Assembly (NCBI GenBank): GCA_034780895.1
Contig: JAUZTB010000107.1
Span: forward strand, 20,859,892-20,923,891
Length of the DNA stretch: 64,000 nt
From: Rhynchobatus australiae
Lineage: Eukaryota
Direction: 5' to 3'
A program made the position numbers and the translations under genes. The notes beneath the pieces are model-generated. The model was given only the letters and a program-made list of their open reading frames with translations. It was not told where the DNA came from and searched no databases. Positions 26,472 to 40,340 of this stretch are shown piece after piece (the stretch's first letter is position 1; each line of letters begins with the position of its first letter).

Positions 26472-26999
26472 NNNNNNNNNNNNNNNNNNNNNNNNNNNNN
26501 NNNNNNNNNNNNNNNNNNNNNNNNNNNNNNNNNNNNNNNNNNNNNNNNNNNNNNNNNNNNNNNNNNNNNNNGCAAATGCCTCAAGGCACTTCTTATCATG
26601 CATTAGTTGCTCCCTTAGAACATCCTTAACAGTAGCCTCAAAAAAAGCTATAAATAATACAAGAGCCTCATGCATGGAATACTAAAACAGCTGGTGACTA
26701 ATTCTACAAACACATTGAAGTTTTTTTTTGTGTTTTTACAAAATCGACTACTGTAGAATTCTGCATAAACACAACCTCCGGATCTTTAGGTTGTCCTATT
26801 AAATGGCATTATGTTAATGCAATTTCTTGTTTGATATAATTCTCACTGTGCAGTACCAATAGCCTGATTTTTTTTAATTATGTCAGGACCAGTTAGTTTT
26901 ACAGTCCTTGGCATAGGAATCTTAACCAAGTTGCCGCAAGTCCCTTGAGCCCCTCAATTTGAATGACATGTGGAGCACCCAAACCCACACGAGAAACAC

Positions 27000-27930
<931 letters not shown>

Positions 27931-29129
27931 TTGGCATTTCTTGAATCTCTGCACTTGCAAATTGTGGGTGGGGAAATCAAAGATTTACTAATTTCATGTC
28001 TTAAATTTCTTGCACACTGGCGTTCTTGTTTCCGCTTTACTCAAAACTGCTCCCTTTTAGTTTTTTACCCTTGGCATATTCCTCACATCCATTTTAGATC
28101 TGGAGTTTATCTAACTTGTAATTCATGCATATTATTCACCAATCTGTGTGTAGGCACTACCTCTGTATTCCACGTTTGTTTTCCTGGTGACCACTGGTGT
28201 CTTTTTGCTCTCTGAAATTCAGTAATTTTGTGTGTCAATTCTATTGAAATCTTAATTTTAAGACTTGTATTAGAAGTAACCACCATCCCTGGGCCTTTTT
28301 TGAGAAAGTATTCTGCTTTTGACAAGTTCCAGGTAATAAGGTCTTTTGATCCTTCTGCAGTGTTGCTTTTTCAGTATTATAGGATAACCAGAATAGTACA
28401 CAATACTCCAAGCATAGTTTAACCAAGATTTGATAGAATAACTACTTTTCAATTCTAGCTGTATGGGAAATAAATCTTGGTATTGATTATGTGTCTTTAT
28501 GGCTATTATTAACTTCCAGATATCACTTTGATATTTGTTTGTTCTGACATGCCTTTGTTCCCCACTTAGATTTTTTTTCCACAATGAATTTTACTTAATG
28601 CAATATTGTGTATTGAAATTTGTTTCACAAGGGTTCTCCATATCCTCTCCTTCCATCCCACCAGTCTACATGGTGACGAATCTTCATCCATAATTTTCAC
28701 CAACTGCAACTTACTGCCACCACCAGACACTAGCAAGGTTAGATGTGTAATAGAGCAGATGGTAACTAAAGTAACCATTTGAGTTAAGACTGGGGAATTT
28801 TATAATGGGAGAGATTCTAATTTGGATTAGCTTACACATGGTGAAAGAATCTTTAAATAATATGTAAGAGGTACTTGAGATGCTATGGGGGGGTATTAAA
28901 ACAAAACTATCACTAGAAAAAGTGGCATTAACAAAACTAAAGGAGCTAAATACCAAAAAATCTGGATTGGAAGGCCTGAAGGGAAGAGGTTGCAGATAGT
29001 GGATATATCTACTGAAATTCTAGATTCTGGAGAACTTCCAGGTGAAACATTAGTTCAATTTCAATAAGCATACAGTGCCCATGAAGTGATTTTTCCCCTC
29101 CACATTAGAGAAAGCAAACAAAGATCAGT

Positions 29130-29450
29130 GACTGCTTTTGTGCAACATCTCCCTTCCATCCACAAGGATAACCCAAAACTTTCAGTTGCATGTAATTTCA
29201 ATTTTCCACTCACTCTGACCTGTCTTTGGCCTCTGACACTGTTTCAATGAAGCTTAATGTTCAAGGAAAAGCATCTCATCTTCAAACTGGTTATGTTGTA
29301 CCCATCAGCATTCAAGACTAAATTCAATTTCAGATAACTAGTCTTTCCAGTTTGTGTGAGAACTAGCCAGTTCTGATGAAGGGTTATCAAGCTTGTAATG
29401 TTCCTCCATTTATCACTCTCCATGGGTGCTCCTGACTGCTTTTGAAAAGA
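29130..29450 (+). mobile_element. Penelope-like element 3' remnant (GIY-YIG C-terminus plus terminal repeat)
   Basis: Degenerate F.QHL.SI...VAC.FN...HSDL...EKHLIFKLV.L.P reading, followed by TTCTGATGAAGGGT. Confidence 0.6.
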
Positions 29451-29555
29451 AAGGAGTCTTAACCACTGGCCTAGTCTATCCAAGAATGTATTATTGGGAT
29501 AAAGTTTTCAAAAAGCTTGTGGTGATTATTCTCAAATTAAAGATTTCTTAAATAC

Positions 29556-30338
29556 AAGAAAGCTCACCAGCACCTCTACTTCCTCAGGAGGCTAAAGAAA
29601 TTTGGCTGACCCCTTTGACACTCACCAATTTTTATCAATGTACCATAGAAAGCATCCTATCTGGATGTATCATGGCTTGGTACGGCAACTGCTCTGCCCA
29701 GGACCACAAGAAACTGCANNNNNNNNNNNNNNNNNNNNNNNNNNNNNNNNNNNNNNNNNNNNNNNNNNNNNNNNNNNNNNNNNNNNNNNNNNNNNNNNNN
29801 NNNNNNNNNNNNNNNNNNCATAGAAAGCATCCTATCTGGATGTATCATGGCTTGGTACGGCAACTGCTCTGCCCAGGACCACAAGAAACTGCAGAGTTGT
29901 GGACACAGCCCAGCGCATTCACAGAAACCAGACTCCCCTCCATGGACTCTGTCAAAACCTCTCACTGCCTTGACAAACCATCCAGCAAATTCAAAAACCA
30001 CATCCACCCGGGTCATTCTCTCTTCTCTCCTCTGCCACCAAGCAGAAGATACAAGAGCTTGAGGGCACATACCATCAGGCTCAAGGACAGCTTTGGTCCC
30101 ATGGTGATAAGACTAATGAATGGTTCCCTTGTACAATGAAATGGACTTGTTTGATTTTACACTTTATTGTTTACCTGAAATACACTTCCCTGTACCTGTG
30201 ACACTTTACTCTGCATTGTTATTGTTTTACCCTGTACTACCTCAATGCACTGTGTAATGAATTGATCGGTACAAACAGTATGCAAGACAAGTTTTTCACT
30301 GTACCTTTGTACAAGTGACAATAATAAACAAGTACCAA
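29556..30338 (+). mobile_element. Rex1/Babar LINE 3' fragment (spans a gap)
   Basis: FYQCTIESILSGCIMAWYGNCSAQD...HPGHSLFSPLPPSRRYKSL plus the conserved tail. Confidence 0.82.
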
Positions 30339-31092
30339 TCTTAATGTGATATTTCCACTGATGTGAAAGGATAGTGGCCTTGTTGCAAAGAGGGGGAAAT
30401 GATAGTTTATTGCAGGAGAAAAAGCTGTGTCAGCTAGCTAAAGAGAATTCAAAATTGAGGACTAAGTCAAGTAATCAAGCTGAACTCTCTCTCCCTACAG
30501 ATGCCAAATTCTGAGTTTCCAGAATTGTTTTTTATTTCATATCTTCGGCTTTGAAAACTTGAGGTTAATATAATGTCCAATGCCCAGGGTATGAATGCAA
30601 TTACTTGCGGGAAGGGAAGGTGGGGGGGAGTGGAGGAAAACAGTTCAGATGCTGAATCAGCAAATTTGTGACTGGTATAACTTTGTAAGCAAAACCATCA
30701 AGGGGTGTGTATGGATCGAGAGTGGGTAAATGGTTTACCATGGTTTATTTTTTTTTATTTCAGTTCCATGAATGTGTTACTTTATATTTGTGATCCTTTA
30801 TTCCAGCAATCATTTGTCCATGTAGAAATGCTTGGAAAATGCAGACATTGTTAAAGTAAAAAATACTATATTTTTAGAAAAAGTGTGTTAGTTATGCAGA
30901 TATGACTAAAAAGCTTGTATTCTGGAATAAAAAAAATAAATATATTTGTTCCTTGCTCTGTTTACTGAGTCGTGTTTCTCTTCAGCTGCCACATTGCACC
31001 AGATGCTCAAGCTGCATTGTTGTAGTGTCACAGTACATAATCATTATGCCCTGATTCCAGATCAAACAACTATATCCTAAGTAGGAAACGTA

Positions 31093-31260
31093 AGAGACTG
31101 CAGATTCTGGAATTTGGGGCAAAAAATAAACTGCTGGAGGAACTCTGAGTCAAGCAGCATCTGTGGATAGCTAATATTTTGGGCCATGACTCTGCATCCC
31201 TTTGCCTCCACAGATGCTGCCTGAGCCACTGACTTCCTCCAGTAGTTAACTTTTTTTGCA
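31093..31260. mobile_element. Palindromic mini-element made of inverted Penelope-type terminal repeats
   Basis: Arm 31119-31167 is the approximate reverse complement of 31207-31259. Single-arm relatives lie at about 32237-32360, 40410-40500, 43050-43150, 14090-14190, 55645-55760 and 57590-57665. Confidence 0.65.
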
Positions 31261-32489
31261 CTATTCTAATTGGATTTAGTTATTCATAACTTATAGGAAG
31301 TGAATAATGATGTTTGAATACAGAAGTTGTATTTTTTTTCTGATGGGGAAACAAGCCATGTTCCTGAGACTTGTGTGGGGAAACTAAATAAACAAAGACC
31401 TCCTAACAATTCAGATCAAATAACAATGCAAAATGTTCCTGCCCTATTCAACAGGGGCATTAAAGTAGAACTAATGAACCAAGTATCAACTACACACTTT
31501 GATTTAAATACTGCAATGATTTGGCTTCCTAATCACCTCTGATCAATAGCTGGTAGAGATGGTTGCATACCATATTAGATCTGGTTGAAGGTCAGTCACA
31601 TATCAATGCATACATCAATAACGTTGAGAGAATAGTTTAGGACTTAAGTTAAATACTTCAATAGACATTCTTTACTGTTAAATTATTTTGTTCTGCAGTT
31701 AAGTTGTGGCAGAATTGATTTCCAAGGGGTTGTACAACCCACTGAAGTGTGAGCATGGAACAGCAGGAAACAAGATTGTATCTACCAACTGGTTCAACGG
31801 TTGCTTTTTAAAGTAGATGTCTTTTACTACTGAAATGGAACTGGAGTAACCTACTTCAGAAAAATGGAGCAAAATTTGCCTCCACTAACGTGTATTGTTA
31901 GTTGATTTGGATTCTTGTATTTTGATTTTGAATATGACTTTCTCACACAGCCCCCACCCTCAATACAGTTGCAGGGAGTGAGTGATAACAGCACAAGAGA
32001 AAAGGGACAATTGTGCCTGATGAGCAATGTGATAAACAGCATTTCTCTCTAACCAGTGAGATTAAGGGACTGATATGTGTATGTTGGAATACCTGCAGAG
32101 GAGGAGAATTAGTGGATTTATTAGGGAAAAAAAACAGCTGAATTGAAATAAAAACTAAACTTTTTAAAAGCAACAGCCATTTAAAATTTTATGTCACTTC
32201 ACTGCCTGAAGAAAAAGATTCCACTTTTAAATGAAGAGACAAGATTCTGCAGATGCTGGCATCTCCATCAACACACACACAATGCTGGAGGAACTCAGCA
32301 GGTCAGGCAGCATCTATGGAGGAAAATAAACAATCAACGTTTCAGGTCGCGACCCTTCAGGGCTTTTAAATGATCACTTTCTGGACAAATAGCAACCAAT
32401 AGCAACCACATTGCTGAAAAGATATACTATGGAGCATGTAACAGCTCCATGTGTAAATGCAAAAACCTTATGGAAAATTTACATTGCCA

Positions 32490-32950
32490 TTATACTTGGC
32501 AGCGTAGAGGAGCAGAGGGATCTTGGGGTACATATTCACAGTTCAATGAAAGTGGCCAAGCAGGTGGATAAGGTAGTTAGGAAGGCCTATGGGATGCTAG
32601 CATTCATAAATCGTGGGACAATAAACAGCCAGTGCCTCTTTCCCGGGGCACCAATGCTCAAGACAAGAGGGCATGGATTTAAAATAATGGGGGGGGATGT
32701 TCAGGGGGAATGTCAGAGGGAGCTTTTTCACCCAGAGAGTGGTAGGTGCATGGAATGTGCTGCCTGGGGTGGTGGTGGAGGCGGATATGTTGGACAGGTT
32801 CAAGAGGTTGTTGGATAGGCATATGAAGGAGTGTGGAATAGAGGGATATGCGGGAGGAAAAGGTCAGATGGTGTGAGGTGTGGTTTGATGGATGGCACAA
32901 CATGGTAGGCCGAAGGGCCTGTATTGTGCTGTATTATTCTATGGTTCTAA
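32490..32950 (+). mobile_element. CR1 LINE 3' fragment with an internal deletion
   Basis: SVEEQRDLGVHIHSSMKVAKQVDKVVRKAYGMLAFINRG is joined directly to TRGHGFK. The tail is GGCCGAAGGGCCTGTATTGTGCTGTATTATTCTATGGTTCTA. Confidence 0.85.
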
Positions 32951-33539
32951 ATCGGATTATATACTTCCCCCAGAATGCCTTTTTGAAGCCTGTTGGTTCT
33001 TGAATTGCCACTGATTTTTTTTTCCCCTAACAGAAAATTGTTAATTTCATTTGTTAAGTATTCTTGTTCTGCAGAATTAATTTTGCTTAATTCTAATTCT
33101 TTTTTTTTGTGTGTGTGCGCAGTCTTAAGAGTGTCTGTTGCTGCTTCATGTCAGAAGTGGTTGCCTGGAGTTTTCATTTTCTGACTTTGATCTGAACCAC
33201 AAGACCTGAGTTTAAAAAAAAAGACTTGCTGATCCTGCAGAGGGAGAATCATTGTTGAGGTCCTTAAAGGCAAATTTAAAGGACACAAACTTCAAACCAG
33301 TATGTTTGTTTTGACTCCCTACATGTGGGTGGTTTCATAAAAGGGCACAAAAGCCATCTTGAAGGATTCTTCTACAAACAAGGTAGATTCCATTTATATT
33401 AGCATTTCAAAGTTAACTGAATATTTTCTGCTGTTGGCTGAATAGTTATGAGAACGTGGCAATGCATTATAGCTCTTCTAGCAACACACAAAATTCCAGA
33501 AGAATGCTAGAGGAGTTGTTTTGTTCTATAGCTCTATTT

Positions 33540-33883
33540 CAGAGGGAGGTTTTTCACCCAGACAGTGGTTGGTGCATGGAATGCGCTGCCTGGGGTGGTA
33601 GTGGAGGCTGATATGTTGATCAAGTTCAAGAGATTGTTAGATAAGCATATGGAGGAATTTAAGATAGAGGGATATGTGGGAGGAAGGGGTTAGATANNNN
33701 NNNNNNNNNNNNNNNNNNNNNNNNNNNNNNNNNNNNNNNNNNNNNNNNNNNNNNNNNNNNNNNNNNNNNNNNNNNNNNNNNNNNNNNNNNNNNNNNGGGT
33801 TAGATGGTGGGAGGTGTAGTTTGATGGCAGCACAACATGGTGGGCCGAAGGGCCTGTATTGTGCTGTATTGTTCTATGGTTCT
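33540..33883 (+). mobile_element. CR1 LINE extreme 3' end (same subfamily as 32490-32950)
   Basis: Shares TTTTTCACCCAGA...GGTGCATGGAATG.GCTGCCTGGGGTGGT and the same tail. Confidence 0.85.
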
Positions 33884-34339
33884 ATTACCAACACCAACAT
33901 TATGCTAAATCTGAAACTCTTCTCATCACTCCTTGCTTTGTACCCAAAATATAGTTATTCATATCACATCACTGTTTAGCTGAATCTCATTTCTATTCAC
34001 TCACCTTTGATTCAGATCCTTTAATATCCTTGGCTCAAAGCTTGCATTCTGTCTTAATTTCAACTGAACTAGCACACTCGGTGTTGAGGGCAGAACATTT
34101 TGCAATTACATCTTTACTGTTTTTAAAAATAAATTAAAATTCCTGTATCAGTCCTAAATAGCTTAATTTTAATATTAAGATTGTGTCCACTTATTCTCAA
34201 TTCCATCAGGGGAAATTGCTTCTCCGTATGCATCCTATAAAATTCTTCCAAAATTTTGATCAAATTACCCCTTAACTGTCTCGACTCAGAATATGATTCA
34301 ACATTATGAATATCAGTATATAGATAGTCCTACTCGGCT

Positions 34340-35112
34340 GTGCTGGACCTAATCCTAGGAGATGAAACCGAGCAAGTGTCAGTGGATGAGCACTGTGGGG
34401 ATAGTGACCATCCCTTGGTAGGTTTCAAAGTAGTTATAGAAAACGATAAGTATAGTCCAGAAATTAAGTGTCTGAAGTGGGGAAAGTTGATTTAAATATA
34501 ATTTAACAGGACCTGGAAAAGGTGGACTCGGAGTAGCTACTTTCAGGTAAATCAACAATTGAGAAGTGGGAGTCTTTTGAAAGTGAAATAGTGAAAGTTC
34601 AAGTTGATGTGTTCCCATAAGAATGTAGGGATGACAGGAAGTCCAGGAAACCCAAGTCCAAGGGTTTAAAAAAGGAAAAAGCATACAGTAAGTATAGAGA
34701 ACTGAAAATGGGGGAAGCAATTTGGGAGTGTAAATTGGTGTGACATTTTTGAAGGGAAATGTACTATGGAGATGTAGTCAATATTCAGGGATACGTTGCA
34801 GGATGTTAGGGATAAATTTGTCCTGGTGAGGCAGAGAAGGAATAGCAGGGTGAAGGAACCATGGGTGACGAGAGAGGTGGAACAGCTAGTTAGGCAGAAG
34901 AAGGTAGCATACATAAGGTGTAAGCAGCTAGGATCAGACAGGGCTTGTGAGGAATATAGAGTAGCGAGGAAGGAACTTAAGAGAGGGCTGAGGAGAGCAA
35001 GAATGGGACATGAAAAGACTTTGGCGAGCAGGGTTAAGGAGAATCCCAAGGCCTTTTTCTCGTACATGAAGAGCAGAAGGATGGCTTGAGTAAAGGTAGG
35101 ACCGATTAAAGA
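34340..35112 (+). mobile_element. CR1 LINE ORF2 fragments (region between endonuclease and RT)
   Basis: KEPWVTREVEQLVRQKKVAY...ELKRGLRRARMGHEKTLASRVKENPKAFFSYMKS. Confidence 0.8.
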
Positions 35113-35884
35113 NNNNNNNNNNNNNNNNNNNNNNNNNNNNNNNNNNNNNNNNNNNNNNNNNNNNNNNNNNNNNNNNNNNNNNNNNNNNNNNNNNNNNNNN
35201 NNNNNNNNNNNNNNNNNNNNNNNNNNNNNNNNNNNNNNNNNNNNNNNNNNNNNNNNNNNNNNNNNNNNNNNNNNNNNNNNNNNNNNNNNNNNNNNNNNNN
35301 NNNNNNNNNNNNNNNNNNNNNNNNNNNNNNNNNNNNNNNNNNNNNNNNNNNNNNNNNNNNNNNNNNNNNNNNNNNNNNNNNNNNNNNNNNNNNNNNNNNN
35401 NNNNNNNNNNNNNNNNNNNNNNNNNNNNNNNNNNNNNNNNNNNNNNNNNNNNNNNNNNNNNNNNNNNNNNNNNNNNNNNNNNNNNNNNNNNNNNNNNNNN
35501 NNNNNNNNNNNNNNNNNNNNNNNNNNNNNNNNNNNNNNNNNNNNNNNNNNNNNNNNNNNNNNNNNNNNNNNNNNNNNNNNNNNNNNNNNNNNNNNNNNNN
35601 NNNNNNNNNNNNNNNNNNNNNNNNNNNNNNNNNNNNNNNNNNNNNNNNNNNNNNNNNNNNNNNNNNNNNNNNNNNNNNNNNNNNNNNNNNNNNNNNNNNN
35701 NNNNNNNNNNNNNNNNNNNNNNNNNNNNNNNNNNNNNNNNNNNNNNNNNNNNNNNNNNNNNNNNNNNNNNNNNNNNNNNNNNNNNNNNNNNNNNNNNNNN
35801 NNNNNNNNNNNNNNNNNNNNNNNNNNNNNNNNNNNNNNNNNNNNNNNNNNNNNNNNNNNNNNNNNNNNNNNNNNNNNNNNNNNN

Positions 35885-36222
35885 CACAACCCTCCCCACC
35901 ATCGAGGACATCTTCAAGAGGTGGTGCCTCAAGAAGGCAGCATCCATCATTAAGGACCCTCGCCATCCGGGACATGCCCTCTTCTTGTTAACACCATCAG
36001 GAAGGTGGTGCAGGAGCCTGAAGACTCACACTCAATGACACAGGAATCTGCTATCAGGCTTCCAAACAGTCCATGAATCCATGAACACTACTTTGTCATT
36101 CCTTTTTGCACTCTTTATTTATGTTGTAATTTATAGTAATTTTTGTCTTGCACTGTACTGCTGCTGTAAAACAATGAATTTCATGACATACAGTATGTCA
36201 GGAGAATGAACCTGATTCTGAA
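35885..36222 (+). mobile_element. Rex1/Babar LINE 3' fragment
   Basis: Highly similar to 187-521. Confidence 0.8.
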
Positions 36223-36311
36223 TGTTGTGATTAGCCAGTAAACTGAACAGGGCCAAGGCAGATGGAATTTAATCCTGATAAGTGTGAGGTGATGCATTTT
36301 GGGTGGTCTCA

Positions 36312-37537
36312 TAAGAATTGGAATATTTATTATTGTTACTTGTACCGAGATACAGTGAAAAGCTTGTCTTGCATACAATGCAAACAGATCAATTCATTAC
36401 ACAGTGCATTGCGGTGGTACAAGGTAAAACAGTACAGAATGCAGAATAAAGTGTAACAGCTACAGCGAAAATGCAGTGCAGGTAGACAAAGGTGCAAGGT
36501 CATAACAAAGTAGATTGTGAGGTCAAGTGCTCATCTTATCATTTTAGGGAACTGTTCAATAGTCTTATCACAGTGGGATAGCTGTCCTTGAGCCTGGTAC
36601 GTTTTTTCAGACCTTTGTATCTTCTGCTTGATGGGAAAGAGGAGAAGAGAGAATATCCCAGGTGGATGGGATCTTTGATATGCTGACTGCTTTACCAAGG
36701 CAGTGAGAAGTATAGTCCATGAAAGGGAGGCTGGTTTTCGTGATATGCTGAGCTGTGTCCACAACTCTTGCAATAGTTTCTTGCAGTCCCAGGCAGAGCA
36801 GTTGCTATGCCAAGTGTGATGCATCCAGATATTGAAGCACCACAGAAAGCATCCTAAAAGTTGGTGAGTGTCAAGGGGGACATATCAAACTTTAGCCTCC
36901 AGAGAAGGTAGAGGCACTGGTGAGCTTTCTTGACTATGACATCTGTGGTTGGACCAGGACAGGCCAACCACATAGATATCACAGCCAAGAACATTGGTGA
37001 TGTTTGCTCCTAGGAACTTGAAGCTCTTGACCTCGGCACCATTAATTTTGTTTTGCTGACATCGAGGGAAAAGTTGTTATCATGACACCATGTCACTAAG
37101 CTCTCTAGCTCCTTCTTGTACTCCAACTTATCATTATTTGAGATACACGCATGACAGTGGTATCATCTGCAAACTTGTAGATGCTGTTAGAGCAGAATCT
37201 GGCAGCGTGGTCATGTGTATAGGGAGTAGAGTAGGGGGCTGAGGATGCAGCCTTATGGGGCTCCAGTACTGAGAATAATTGTGCCAGAAGTGTTGCTGCC
37301 TATCCTTACTGATTGCAATCTTATGGTCAGGGAGTCAAGGATCCAGTTGCAGAGGGAGGTGTTGAGTCCCATGTCTTGGAGTTTGAGTTTGCTTGGAATT
37401 ATAGTATTGAAGGCACAGCTGTAGTCAATAAACAATAGTCTAACATGGGTGTCTTTACTGTCTAGATGCTCCAGAGATAAGTGTAGGGCCAGGGTGATGG
37501 TGTCTGCTGTAGACCTGTTTTGACAGTAGTGAATCGC
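36312..37537 (-). mobile_element. Rex1/Babar LINE fragment (RT to tail)
   Basis: [16 protein letters not shown]...[17 protein letters not shown]...LSTGAP, a KFADDT motif near 37155-37175, and tail similarity to 30200-30335. Confidence 0.85.
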
Positions 37538-37711
37538 NNNNNNNNNNNNNNNNNNNNNNNNNNNNNNNNNNNNNNNNNNNNNNNNNNNNNNNNNNNNNNN
37601 NNNNNNNNNNNNNNNNNNNNNNNNNNNNNNNNNNNNNNNNNNNNNNNNNNNNNNNNNNNNNNNNNNNNNNNNNNNNNNNNNNNNNNNNNNNNNNNNNNNN
37701 NNNNNNNNNNN

Positions 37712-38378
37712 NGATTGAAATGGGGAGAGGTTAAAGTCCGAAGATCCATGAATGCTGTAGCACAGTTAGATAAGACAGTGAAAAAGGCATACAGGATGCT
37801 TGCCTTTATTAGCTGGGACAAAGTATAAAAGCAGGGAGGTCTTGGTATAATTTTTTTAATATAAAACATTGGTTCAGCTACAGCTAGAATATTGTATGCA
37901 GTTCTGGTCACAGCATTATAGGAAAGATGATATTGCACTGAAGAGGGTGCAGATGAGATTCACCAGGAATTGCCTGGGATGGAGTTGAGGACAGACTGCA
38001 TTGGTGGATGTGTTTTCCTTGGAGCAGAGAAGGCTGGAGGGAGATCTTACAGAAGTATACAAAATTATGAAAGATATAGGGTAGACAATAAAAACTTCTC
38101 CACATGGCAGAGGTGTCTAAACCAGCAGGCATAGATTTTGGGTGAGGAATAAGAGTTGGGGGTGGGAATTGGCCAGAGGGTGGATGCAATCAGAGGGTGG
38201 AACACACTGCCTGAGAAAATGGTGGAGGTGGGTATTCTTACAACATTTAAGCATCTGGATAAGTGCTCAAAATACCTGGGCTATCAACCAAGTGCTGGTA
38301 AATGGGATTAGTGTGGATAAAACTTAATGATTGGCACGAGCTGAAGGGTCTGTTTTTGTGTTGTATGACTATGACTCT
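37712..38378 (+). mobile_element. CR1 LINE 3' fragment
   Basis: VKKAYRMLAFIS, EYCMQFWSQHYRK and LEGDLTEVYKIM remnants, with a TATGACT tail. Confidence 0.8.
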
Positions 38379-40059
38379 AATCCTTTGTGGTTTAAATTCT
38401 TAAGTGGTATCACTCTAAATTTGTACCATACCTACTTAAAGATCAATCTTTCCTGAGGTTGGGTGCCTGCAGTGCTCCAGACTAAAGCAGAATTTCTCCC
38501 CTCTTGCATTCTAGCTGCTGAGATTATGGAAAACTTTGTTTTGTATCCATTGTAGTAGCTTTGTTCGTCTGATCAGATTAGGTAACAATTTAGTTGCCTG
38601 CTCTGTCTCTGCTCATTCTTGGTTAATTTGTAGGGAAATTACCTTCATTTTATCATCAAAGGAGAGAACGACTGAGTACTTGAATCAGTGAAGAGTAGAT
38701 AATGTCTGTCTAATCTGGTTGACATTCCCCCCCCCCTTCCCCAAGTTCAATAACATTAGACAGAATTGTTTATGAATATTGTTTATAAGAACTTCCAGAA
38801 AGAATGAGAAGCATTTGTGGTTGTAGCCAATTCACTCAACCCCATCTTTACATCCTTGTTGTCTAAACCTGTGAAAAGTAGTCTTTTGTTTAATCTCTTG
38901 ATTCTCTAAGATGTGTATGGGGGTGGGGGTTTACAACAAAATTAGCCCACAACCCTCAGGACTAGAATTTGTTGTTTTCTCACTGCTCTTTTCTTAAATA
39001 GAAATGACTTTTGCAGTCCAATTCCTGAATCCAGTGATTTTTCAGAAAATTCTTTCCTTTCCCCGCCTGTTTTTTTAAAATATCATTTATAGCAGATATC
39101 TCTTGGGAAAGTGTTTTCTCCACACTTTAAAATCAAATTAATTCCTTCCCTTCATTTAGTTTTTAGGTTCCTTTTTGTACTGCTGGTATTTTGACTTTCC
39201 ATTTTATCATTTTTCAAATGGGATCTTGAACATTTACATTTATTTATCATTGATTATAATAATCAATGTATATTGGTGTTTAATTGGCTGCAGTCTCACT
39301 TAACATGTAAATTTACAAAACGTTTACTGTTAGTCTGGGTATAAAAGTTTTCATTAATGTATTCTGCACCCAATTACCTTGTTTTCATGTTACTCTTCAC
39401 AGCTCTGACACAGTTGCCAAGTTGCATTCGTGCAAGCCTTTACAGAGCATGACAAGGTCTTTCTGTCAATTTGGGATATGCATTGATATTGTAATGTTCT
39501 AAAAGTTTTTTTAAACCTTTCCTATGGTTGTCTATAGTTTTATTTATTATCAGATCAGCCCAATTTATTCTGGCTTGCTTTGAAGTTAAAGGCATTAAAT
39601 AAATGCCAAATTTTGTCATTTTTCCTGCTTAAATGCAAAACTGTGACCTGTGCTTCCCTTTCTCAAACCTATACAACATTTAATTATATTAGTCATGATT
39701 CAACAGAAATTTCATTTGCTAATTATGATTTGTTTCTCAATACAGCATTGTCAATTTTAATAAAATATTCTATAAAACACTCAACTGTATTCTAAAATCT
39801 GCAACACTGGCTATTCTGCTAGTCTACATGAAAATAAAAAAAATCTTTCAATAAAATCACTTTTTCCTGAAAATGCATCGCCGATTATTTCTTTTATGCA
39901 TTCCCTCATTATACCCCTAATGTCAAGAAACAGCTCCCAGTAGAGTCCCACATTTCACCACTGTTCCTTAGTCTGACTTGTACTGTTTCTATTTCATGTT
40001 CACCTTCACTACAGGTTTTTTCTTTCCACTGCCATAGTAATAAGCTGGATCTTCTACTG

Positions 40060-40340
40060 AGTGGCAAGCTAGTGGCTACCTGCTTTTGGATTGCCTGCAG
40101 CTGTCTAACCAAGGTCCAAATGTAGGGAGAGAAGCAGTGGGGATAAGGACAGCCTTGGGTAATACCAGAGAAAAAGTTGGATGTGGAAGGAAATGTCACC
40201 ATTTGAAATATCCAGCCCAAAATCTGATGGGAAAACAGAAGTAATCCAATTGAAATGGACAATAAAGTTGGTGTTTGAAGATTATGTGGTTGACTATATT
40301 GAAGGCCCATGGTTGCTTGAATGAGACATCTCATTTAGAA
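40060..40340 (-). mobile_element. Very old L1/Tx1-like RT remnant
   Basis: Frameshifted SNGDIS...SGITQGCP-LSPLLLSL resembles the L1 motif RG.RQGCPLSPLLF. Confidence 0.5.

Noticed and set aside
34666-35975. Long ORFs composed mostly of X (also 23464-24040, 56307-57183, 61011-61953)
   Set aside because: Artefacts of translating N gaps and the (TG)n repeat.
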